Source of the DNA: Candidatus Latescibacterota bacterium
GTDB taxonomy: Bacteria > Latescibacterota > UBA2968
Assembly (NCBI GenBank): GCA_965198115.1
Contig: OZ240241.1
Location: forward strand, 38,323 to 102,322
Direction: 5' to 3'
Length of the DNA stretch: 64,000 nucleotides
The position numbers and the translations under genes are program-made. Below are positions 1-8,023 of this stretch, in pieces. Numbering within the stretch: position 1 is the first letter of the stretch; each line of letters starts with the position of its first letter. The notes under the pieces were generated by a model. It was not told the origin of the DNA, did not search any database, and saw only the letters and a program-made list of their open reading frames with translations.

Positions 1-769
1 TGACGGGAAGAGCTTCGCCGACGAGCAGATGGTGATCGCTCTGGGTGTCACGATGGATGGCCAGAAGATCCCCCTGGGCTTCGTCGAATCAGCGACGGAG
101 AACGAACGGGTCTGCCGCCAGTTGATCCAGCATCTTATCCGTAGAGGCCTGCGCTATGATCAAGGCCTCCTCGTTGTACTGGACGGCTCCAAGGGCCTCT
201 ACAGTGCGGTCACGAAAGCTCTGAAAGGGTATGTCCGAGTCCACCGCTGCCAGTGGCACAAGCGAGAGAATGCCGTCAGCTATCTTCCTGAGTCAGAACG
301 CCCGAGAATCCGGCGCAAGCTCCAAAAAGCCTACGACTGCAACTCTTATAGAGAAGCAAAAGCTGCGCTCGAGGCCCTCAAGCCGGAACTCAAACTGATG
401 AATCAATCTGCCCTGACGAGTCTCGAAGAAGGGTTGGAGGAAACCCTGACCCTCCACCGTCTGGGCATGATCCCCGTTCCTGAAGCGCAGCTTCAGGACC
501 TCGAACTGTATCGAATCTCTCAACAGTATGGCCGGCGATCTCACCCGGAAGGTCAAACGTTGGACCCACTCTCCTCAGAGACACAGATGGATCGCCGCCG
601 CACTCCTCGACATCGAACCTCGACTGCGTCGCGTGAAGGGATACAAACACCTACCGCTGCTCAGGCAGGCCTTGAAAAACGACTTGGATCTCGATACACA
701 GGATGCGCGGCAAAGCGCATGAGCAAATCTTGGAGCCCGATAAGTTTCAACTGAGAATGGGACTTGACC
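1..769 (+). mobile_element. IS256-family insertion sequence, type b (IS256-b), copy cut by the window start
   Basis: Carries the 3' part of a mutator/IS256-type transposase. It ends at 769 with AGTTTCAACTGAGAATGGGACTTGACC, the same right terminus (core AGTTGAAACT) as the complete copies at 4214..5603 and 10478..11871. Confidence 0.8.
2..722 (+). pseudogene. IS256-family transposase, C-terminal part, frameshifted
   Basis: The frame from nt 2 reads DGKSFADEQMVIALGVTMDGQKIPLGFVESATENERVCRQL...CQWHKRENAVSYLPESERPRIRRKLQKAY. Homology then moves to another frame (ORF 528..722: ...DLTRKVKRWTHSPQRHRWIAAALLDIEPRLRRVKGYKHLPLL). It is colinear with the copies at 4261..5556 and 10525..11824. Confidence 0.75.
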
Positions 770-1008
770 CGACCTCACTCGGAAGGTCAGACGCTGGAAC
801 AACTCTCCCCAGAAACACAGATGGGTGGCGGCCGCACTCCTCGACATCGAACCACGCCTGCGACGCGTGAGCGGATACAAACACCTCCCGCTGCTCAGGC
901 AAGCACTGAAGAAAAACAACCTGAATCTCGGCGACAATCAAGATGGCTCGGCAGAGAGCATGAATACCACGGAGCCCGATGAGTTTCAACTGACTATGGG
1001 ACTTGACC
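770..1008 (+). mobile_element. 239-bp 3'-terminal fragment of a second IS256-b copy, directly abutting the first
   Basis: Encodes only ...LTRKVRRWNNSPQKHRWVAAALLDIEPRLRRVSGYKHLPLLRQALKK.... It ends at 1008 with GAGTTTCAACTGACTATGGGACTTGACC, identical to the right end at 5576..5603. It lies 19 bp upstream of the carbamoyltransferase ATG. Confidence 0.75.
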
Positions 1009-1027
1009 CTAACCGGAGTGAAAAACA

Positions 1028-2674
1028 ATGAATCTGCTCGCAATTAACTTCAATCACGACGGATCTGCTGCTTTGATGTGCGATGGTGTGATAACCGGGT
1101 TTGTCAATACGGAGAGATTTTCGCGAAAGAAAAAGCAACCAGGAATCCGAGAATGTGATATAGATGAATTACTCGGGCAGGGAGGTATACGTATTGACGA
1201 GATTGACGGCGCCTTGATGTGCAACCTGAATAACATGGATTCCCCGGACATCCCTAGGCTGTACGGAACAGATCTCAAAGAAGAGTGGCTTGGATTCGAA
1301 GTGGATCCTGATCAACGACATGTGACGATAAGGGGAAACCGAATCCGCTGTAAAGTGAATCCAGATCACCACTTGCTCCATTGCGCCCTGGCGTTTTACA
1401 CGTCACCGTTCGATTCTGCAATGGTCTTCTCATCGGATCCCGTGGGTTGGGCATCTTACGTGGGTAAAGGCCACGAGATGAGAGGAGTCCAGAACGTCCC
1501 TGGTCAGTTCAACGCGCCAGAGCTTTATAGTAGGGTTGCCGAGTCCCTGTTTGGTACAGGGATTATGGGAGCAGGAAAGGTAATGGGGCTCGCCCCTTAC
1601 GGGTTTCGAGAGTTGGATCTGGACTATGCTCAATTATCAGATGTCAGGACTACTATATCGCTTTATCGAGCCTTACGGAAACTTGGCATAGGCAGGGTGG
1701 TAGTCCAGGAAGATGAAAAAGCATATAATGCTAGTCTTGCATACCACACACAGGAGATTCTCGACTTTCAGTTAATCTCCATCCTCAAAGAGTTACACGA
1801 GGTTTCGGTGCAGGAAGGTGTTGATCCGAATCTATGCTTGGGAGGGGGAACGGCTCTCAATTCCGTCGCGAATCAGAAGGCGTTCAGCCACAGCCCGTTC
1901 ACAGATCTTTTCTTGCATCCCGCGTGCGGAGATGACGGTACTACACTTGGGGCAGTTCTCTGGCACTGGCATCACGTGATGAAGAATCCTAGGAGGAACT
2001 ACTTAAACACCGACCTTATGTACACGAAAAAATGCTATCGAAGTGATCAGGTAGATGCCGTTCTGTTGTCAGGGAAGTATCGAAACCATCTTACTGTCTG
2101 GAAGCATCCTGATCCTCTCCCGACGGTTGCTCGGATGATCAGCTCTGGCGCGATTGTAAGTCTGTTCGAGGGAGGAAGCGAAATTGGACCTCGTGCTCTT
2201 GGTCATAGAAGCATAATAGCAGATCCCCGTCGGCTGGGGATGCGGGATCAATTGAACGTAAAGGTAAAACATAGAGAAGCCTTTCGCCCGTTTGCCCCAG
2301 CAGTAATACAAGAACACTCCAGTTCGTGGTTTGATCTAAATTATAGCCCATTCATGTTACGGGTTGCGAATGTATTGAGGCCCAAAGAAGTCCCATCTAT
2401 CACACACGTGGATGGCACCGCGCGCATCCAAACGGTCGGCCCTAATGACGATCAACGATTCCGAAAGTTGCTTGAACACTTCTACTCAATGACGGGAGTT
2501 CCTGTTCTTCTCAATACGTCCTTCAACATTAGAGGTGAACCCATAGTAGAAACGCCTGAGGACGCAATAAGTGCGCTACTACGGTCCGAAATGGACTGTG
2601 TCGTCTTTAGTGACTGCATCGTGCAAAAGAGAGACGGTGGTGATAAGTCCGCTTCCAGTTGTGTCGCCGATTGA
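1028..2674 (+). CDS. NodU/CmcH-family carbamoyltransferase
   Basis: 548-aa ORF. The N-terminus LLAINFNHDGSAALMCDGVITGFVNTERFSRKKKQ matches the family hallmark (ILG..FHDSAAAL..DG.IVAA..EERFSRKK). The C-terminal half has HVDGTARIQTV and LNTSFN motifs typical of the carbamoyltransferase C-domain. A GGAG-like RBS precedes the ATG. Confidence 0.85.
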   Translation: MNLLAINFNHDGSAALMCDGVITGFVNTERFSRKKKQPGIRECDIDELLGQGGIRIDEIDGALMCNLNNMDSPDIPRLYGTDLKEEWLGFEVDPDQRHVTIRGNRIRCKVNPDHHLLHCALAFYTSPFDSAMVFSSDPVGWASYVGKGHEMRGVQNVPGQFNAPELYSRVAESLFGTGIMGAGKVMGLAPYGFRELDLDYAQLSDVRTTISLYRALRKLGIGRVVVQEDEKAYNASLAYHTQEILDFQLISILKELHEVSVQEGVDPNLCLGGGTALNSVANQKAFSHSPFTDLFLHPACGDDGTTLGAVLWHWHHVMKNPRRNYLNTDLMYTKKCYRSDQVDAVLLSGKYRNHLTVWKHPDPLPTVARMISSGAIVSLFEGGSEIGPRALGHRSIIADPRRLGMRDQLNVKVKHREAFRPFAPAVIQEHSSSWFDLNYSPFMLRVANVLRPKEVPSITHVDGTARIQTVGPNDDQRFRKLLEHFYSMTGVPVLLNTSFNIRGEPIVETPEDAISALLRSEMDCVVFSDCIVQKRDGGDKSASSCVAD

Positions 2675-2737
2675 GAAAGTACCTACCTTTGTCTCCTTTC
2701 TCCGATGCGGCTCTTTCGAATTTCTGGCGAAACGAGA

Positions 2738-3568
2738 TTAAGTTGAAGTCTCAAGAAGTTCTGGGATCTTAGTAGTTAGTCGGTCAAGGGGTTTCAAAAG
2801 GTTGGAGGCCTTTAGGAATTCAACGAATATAGTTCGGTTCACTGCGTTTACGAAGTTTTCGGTAACAGCCAGACTCGTTTCTAGATTCCGTACTTGGTGC
2901 CACCACAGACTTGGTATATATATGATCTCCCCTGGCAGCTGTTTGCAATAGTAGGGGTTGGCCTTCTCAATCCTCTCTGGGTTGGTATCGAAAGCGTCAA
3001 TACATTCCAGTCCGAGGTGTTCAACCTTCCCTGGGGGAAAGATCATCCACTCCTTAGCACCGCTGATTAGCGCCAGCCATGCAGCTGTGTGCCACACATC
3101 ATTGTGAAGGGGGGAGCCTGAGCCGGCTGGACCTAAGAAGATCCATTTCCAGCTAGGTCGTCGGTCTAGTGGGTATATGTCTAGCCAATTGCTCAAATAA
3201 TGCGGAACCGTGTAGTGCTTCAGCAACTCAGGATGTCTCTTCTCAATGCTCCAATTTTTCAGATATAGTGTGCGACTGTCGGTCCTTTCCTCTATGTAGT
3301 CTATGTAATCGGCCACCGGCATTGTGGATGTTTCTTCCACCACGCCCATCCCTTGGGCCCCTGGCTTCTGATCTGTGACATTAACAACGAAGCTGCCGAA
3401 TTTATCCCTTAAGAAGTCAAGGCTCCAGGTCTGCATGGCTTGCCATTGTCCAGCCTCCCCTCGTATGATTGCAGGTTTCGAGGTATTTCCGAACCTGGCC
3501 ATGAATTCCCCCGATGATTTTTTACCCTTACCCTCAAGGACCTCAACGGAATTGGGCTCTATCTCCAT
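2738..3568 (-). CDS. JmjC / cupin-8 Fe(II)/2-oxoglutarate oxygenase (paralog 1)
   Basis: WKWIFLGPAGSGSPLHNDVWHTAAWLALISGAKEWMIFPP supplies the HxD facial-triad motif. WWHQVRN supplies the distal His. I place the start at ATG 3568 (MEIEPNSV...) because a GGAGG lies 6 nt upstream. The ORF track extends to GTG 3595. It is a paralog of 22017..22853. Confidence 0.8.
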   Translation of the reverse strand: MEIEPNSVEVLEGKGKKSSGEFMARFGNTSKPAIIRGEAGQWQAMQTWSLDFLRDKFGSFVVNVTDQKPGAQGMGVVEETSTMPVADYIDYIEERTDSRTLYLKNWSIEKRHPELLKHYTVPHYLSNWLDIYPLDRRPSWKWIFLGPAGSGSPLHNDVWHTAAWLALISGAKEWMIFPPGKVEHLGLECIDAFDTNPERIEKANPYYCKQLPGEIIYIPSLWWHQVRNLETSLAVTENFVNAVNRTIFVEFLKASNLLKPLDRLTTKIPELLETST

Positions 3569-3691
3569 GGTTACCTCCAATTCAGGGGCATTCACACCTT
3601 GCCCGGAGAGCTATGATTAATAGGGTGTGGAAAAAGAGAAAGGGCGACCCTGCACTTCCCGTGAGATAGTCCTATTCACGAAACACCGGGT

Positions 3692-4213
3692 GTGAGGCGA
3701 AGGAGGATCGCCGTGAGAGAACATACGCATAAAGCCTCGATGAAGTCTATCCCGACGTGGGAGACGGTTGATGATTGGATCCGTGAAGAGATCCAGGTCC
3801 GTTTCCAAGGGATTCTGGAAGAAGAAGCGACCGCGTTCTTGGGCCGGTCGTGGTATGAGCGACGACCGGAAGTCGATAGCCCTGGAGGTTACAGGAACGG
3901 CTACGGTAAGCCCCGGCGTCTCTCGACGAGTTGTGGGACGATCGAGGTCAGGCGTCCTCGGGTTCGGGGTCTGGAGGAGCGGTTTGAAAGCCGTATCCTC
4001 CCGCTGTTCGCTCGGAGAACCAAGGCGGTTGGGGATCTGCTTCCCGACCTCTACCTCCACGGACTGGCCCAAGGTGATTTCGAGCTCTCCTTACGTGCCC
4101 TGCTCGGTGAAGGTGCACCGCTGTCGCCAACCTCGATCGCTCGTCTGCGCGGCAAATGGGAGACCGATTTCCAGGACTGGAAGGAACGACGTCTGGATGA
4201 CCACGAACTGGTT
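3692..4213 (+). pseudogene. IS256-a' transposase, N-terminal half (interrupted)
   Basis: ...IAVREHTHKASMKSIPTWETVDDWIREEIQVRFQGILEEEATAFLGRSWYERR...WKERRLDDHELV is colinear with residues 1-170 of the 416-aa transposase at 22947..24197. Homology stops at the nested insertion point, 4213/4214. Confidence 0.8.
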
Positions 4214-5603
4214 GGTGTTGTGCCTATCGTAGTTGAAACTTAGAGGGCTCCAAACTTACGTTGGGTAGACGTGTAGGAGCGTATACCCGTAAGAAAGGAG
4301 CCCAGATGGAGAAGCTATTTGTAGGCGATGGTGAAGTCAAGGTTGAGGGCGATGTCATCGATTTGGAGACGCGTTTGTCGGTGATCCAGGCGTTGATCCC
4401 GTTGGGTCTGGAGGCAGTGGCAGACCTCCTCCAGCAGGAGGTCGAGCAGCTCGCAGGCGTTCGGTATGCGCGCAAAGGTTCGGAGCAGGCGCATCGTCGG
4501 TGGGGAAGCCATAAGGGATCCGTGTATCTGATGGACCAGAAGCTCCCGTTAGACGTTCCCCGGGTGCGCGACGTCGAGGCCGACGCAGAGGTTTCCCTGG
4601 CTGCACACCGGGCTCTACAGACGCCCAAGAAGACGGACGAGGGGCTGTTGCTTCGTGTTCTCAAAGGGGATCTCGTGCCGCAACTACAAGGCCTGTGCCG
4701 AATCGGTTCCAGAAGCGTTTGGTATCTCAGCGTCCTCCGTCTCGCGGCGGTTCATCAAAGCCACCGCGAAGAAGCTGAAGCAGTTCCAGGAGCGTCCCCT
4801 CGACGACTACGGCTTCGTGACCCTGTTCATTGACGGAAAGAGCTTTGCCGACGAAGAGATCGTGATCGCTCCGGGGGTCACGATGGACGGCCAGAAGATC
4901 CCCCTGGGCTTCGTCGAATCGGCGACGGAGAACGAACGGATCTGCCGCCAGCTGATCCAGGACCTCATCCGGAGAGGCCTGTGCTACGACCAGGGCCTTC
5001 TCGTTGTGCTTGACGGCTCAAAGGGACTCCGCAGTGCTGTCACCAAAGCCCTCAAAGGGTATGTGCGCGTGCATCGCTGTCAGTGGCACAAGCGCGAGAA
5101 TGTCGTCAGCGATGTCGAGGAGTGCGGCCGCCACCCATCTGTGTTTCTGGGGAGAGTTGTTCCAGCGTCTGACCTTCCGAGTGAGCTCGCCGGTCATGCT
5201 GTTGAGGGCTTCGATGCAGTTGGTGGTTCGGAAGCTTCGTTTCAGGAATGGGAGCATACCCAGCCGGTGGAGGGTCAGGGTTTCCTCCAGGCCTTCCTCG
5301 AGGCTCGTTACGGCAGACTGATTCATCAGCTTCAGTTCGGGTTTAAGTGATTCGAGTGCAGCCTTTGCCTCCTCGTAGGTGTCGCAGTCATAGGCTTTCT
5401 GGAGCTTCCGTCGAACTCTTGGACGTTCCCTCTCCGGGAGATAGCGAACCTCGCCTGCGACGCGTGAGCGGATACAAACATCTTCCCCTACTCAGGCAAG
5501 CACTGAACAAAGATCTGAATCTCGACAACGAACAGAATACTCGGCAGAGAGCCTGACCAAACTACGGGGCCCGATGAGTTTCAACTGACTATGGGACTTG
5601 ACC
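4214..5603 (+). mobile_element. IS256-b, complete-length copy nested inside IS256-a'
   Basis: The terminal inverted repeats are GGTGTTGTGCCTATCGTAGTTGAAACT and (rc) GGTCAAGTCCCATAGTCAGTTGAAACT. A perfect 8-bp TSD AACTGGTT sits at 4206..4213 and 5604..5611. It contains an internal inverted segment, 5111..5443. Confidence 0.85.
4261..5556 (+). pseudogene. IS256-b transposase, frameshifted and disrupted by an internal inversion
   Basis: ORF 4261..4833 (...LLLRVLKG) continues in the +1 frame (ISCRNYKACAESVPEAFGISASSVSRRFIKA...) across an AAAGGGG run. After ...CQWHKRENVVS the sequence becomes the reverse complement of the downstream coding block (minus ORF 5018..5326 reads MNQSAVTSLEEGLEETLTLHRLGMLPFLKRSFRTTNCIEALNSMTGELTRKVRRW...). 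Confidence 0.8.
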
Positions 5604-6338
5604 AACTGGTTTACGCTTGCCCGATGGCATCTATGTCAAAGCCGGACTCGAGCGCGACAAGGCGTGTCTGCTGGTCGTTATCGGCGCGATGAGCGACGGC
5701 AGCAAGGAGATCCTCGCACTGGAACCGGGCTATCGAGAGTCCACCGAATCCTGGCTCTCGGTTCTTCGAGATCTCCGAGACCGTGGGCTTGAACATCCTG
5801 TTCTTATCGGACGGGAACATGGGCATCTGGGCCGCCATAGACCAGGTCTGGCCGGAGAGCCGACAGCAACGATGCTGGAACCACAAGATCCTTAACGTGC
5901 TCGACAAGATCGCCAAGCGCTCACAAGCCGAAGCCCGGGCGTTGCTTATACAGATCCCGTATGCGAATACGCGAAGAGACGCCGAGAAACTCCGGGAAAC
6001 GCTTTGCCGCACGATATCGCTCACAGTTTCCTGCTGCCGTGGACGCGCTCGAACGGGACTGGGATCGAATGGTCACGTTCTACGACTTCCCGAAGAAGCA
6101 TTGGAAACACCTGAGAACCACAAACGTCGTCGAGAGCCCTTTTGCTTCCGTTCGACTCCGCACAAACGCCGCCAAGAGGTTCAAGAAAGTCACAAGCGCA
6201 ACGGTTCTCATCTGGCGAACACTCTTGGTCGCAGAAAGCCAATTCAGGAAACTTGACGCCCCACACCTACTTCAAAACATCTATGATCAGAAACACGCAA
6301 CCAATCCCCAGATCGCTACGGGAAAGCTGGCCGCCTGA
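5604..6338 (+). pseudogene. IS256-a' transposase, C-terminal half, with further frameshifts
   Basis: Resumes ...DGIYVKAGLERDKACLLVVIGAMSDGSKEILALEPGYRESTESWLSVLRDLRDRGLEHPVLI. It then changes frame several times (ORFs 5617..5895, 5783..6256, 5961..6338) and ends ...HLLQNIYDQKHATNPQIATGKLAA, colinear with 22947..24197. Confidence 0.75.
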
Positions 6339-6388
6339 TTTCTTTTACACACCTCTTGACCTGAACTCTTGCCCGGACGTATATTTTC

Positions 6389-7807
6389 GGCTATATCCGG
6401 ATCTCTCAACGAGATGAAGTGGGTGAAGGTGCCGTGGTTCCTGGCATGGGGGCGCGGTTAGCGTGTGCGGAACCTCTTCGGAATCTGCTCAGGGATGTTT
6501 ATGTCTCCGACGGTAAGGAAGATCATATCGTTGAATGCGTCGAGTGTGCGGAATCCGCTGGCTCGGTTCTTGACGATTTGGACGATTCGGTTGAGGCCTT
6601 CGGCGATGGCGTTGGTAAGACGCGTGTTCACGAATGCGAGGACGCCGAAGAAGTGCTGTCGCAGGGTCCTGACGAACTTTCGCAGGGGTTCAAGTCGACT
6701 TCTGAGTGCGGACGTCGTCCAGCATTTCAGGAAGCGTTCGGCAGCCCAGGGCGCTTTGTATTCCCAGAACTGCTCGAACTCGTCCTTGAGTCTCCAGGCT
6801 CTATAGATTCGGTAGTTCGCCTTCTCCAGTGCTTTGAGTGTCCGAGTATCCCCTCTGGAGCGTGTCGCTGAGTGCCGGTAGAGGAGCCATCGGAGGCCCT
6901 TCATGGCTTTGCGCTCATCCGGGGCAGCTTTACGCCACTGGTCCTTACGGACCTCGTCAACGGCGGCATTGAGAGCCTTGACGATGTGAAAGCGATCGAG
7001 GACCAGCTTGGCATTCGGACAGTGTTCCTGGATGGCTCCGATGTAAGCTTCGCTCATGTCGCAGCAGGCCCACTCGATCTTGGATCTCCGGTAGGGACTG
7101 AGAGCCTCTGTGAAGAACCGATCGATCGTTTTACGCGCCCTGCCGCGGCCAACCCACACCACGCAGGAGCGGTCCAGATCGTAAACGAGCGTGGCGTACC
7201 TGTGACGCTTGGCGTAGGAGATCTCGTCGATCCCGATGGTTTTGAGCCCTCGGATACGATGACCTTCACGAAGCCGCGTGATGGATCGGTGAAGGAGATC
7301 CGACAGCGTCGAGGCAGAGATGCGCAGTAACTCGGACGCCGCCTTCTGCGTCATGGTCTGGCAGTAGCGCAGCATGGCATACTCGAAGCGATACGTCACC
7401 CGAGAGAACCGCTCCGCCCACGGAATCTCCTCGACCACACGACCGTGGGTAGGACACCGAATCTCCCGAGGATGGTAGAGAAGCCAGACCCTCCACCCGC
7501 ACACCGGAATGTCACGCCACCGACGCGGATGGGGCATTGTGCGGACGATTTTACCTCGACGGCCGCACTCCGGACAACAACAACCATTCTTATGTGGCTT
7601 TACGGCGATGACAAACAGCTTCTCCCCTCAAACCACCAGCTGACAACACGGAACCCCTTGAATCTCAGCAGTTTCGATAGTAATCTGCTCCCGGTCATAG
7701 GTCGCACCCCCTTCGCTTTGATTGTCCTACACACACAACCAAGCGTAGGGAACGATCTATGACCTTGTCATTCTATAGTTTCACCGTTGAGAAACCCGGA
7801 TAGAGCC
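6389..7807 (-). mobile_element. ISL3-family IS, copy A (1419 bp)
   Basis: The ends are GGCTATATCCGGATCTCTCAACG and (rc) GGCTCTATCCGGGTTTCTCAACGG. A perfect 8-bp TSD ATATTTTC sits at 6381..6388 and 7808..7815. Confidence 0.9.
6458..7734 (-). pseudogene. ISL3-family transposase with a 1-bp deletion
   Basis: Same protein as 12014..13291, but GATGACGAAACAG is GATGACAAACAG here (about 7610). This cuts the ORF to 359 aa and removes the N-terminal zinc-ribbon-like CCCPECG region from the frame. Confidence 0.85.
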
Positions 7808-8023
7808 ATATTTTCACTATGAGCTATACTTTGCTTGCGATGATGGCGGCACGTAGACCGTGGAATAGCATATGGCAACAGGAGTGCACAAATAGCCAAA
7901 AGGACATCTCATTGTGAGCTGTATGATGGAACCTTGCTGGAGGGAGTCTGGTTCCAGCGAATCCTACCTTCAGGATTTCGACAAGGTTCTCAGGCGGCAG
8001 CAGTGCATAGGAATTAGAAATTC

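Larger units (their letters stand above)
3608..6368 (+). mobile_element. IS256-family element, diverged relative of type a (IS256-a'), itself split by a nested IS
   Basis: The left end GAGCTATGATTAATAGGGTGTGGAAAAAGAGAAAGGGCGACCC and the right end ...TTTTACACACCTCTTGACCTGAACTC resemble the ends of the 22855..24227 element. It is flanked by a perfect 9-bp direct repeat TTGCCCGGA (3599..3607 and 6369..6377). Confidence 0.85.

Noticed and set aside
6419-7330. Long + strand ORFs (150 aa and 152 aa) that recur at 11888..12886, 18802..19713 and 44966..45655
   Set aside because: They lie entirely antisense to the ISL3 transposase gene, recur only because the IS recurs, and have no recognisable motifs. 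They are shadow ORFs of a GC-moderate coding region.
7819-7917. 32-aa ORF (MSYTLLAMMAARRPWNSIWQQECTNSQKDISL) in the JmjC/FtsX intergenic region, considered as a second precursor
   Set aside because: It has no Shine-Dalgarno, a single Cys and no resemblance to the 13480 peptide. It starts 4 nt after an ISL3 TSD. There is not enough evidence to call it.
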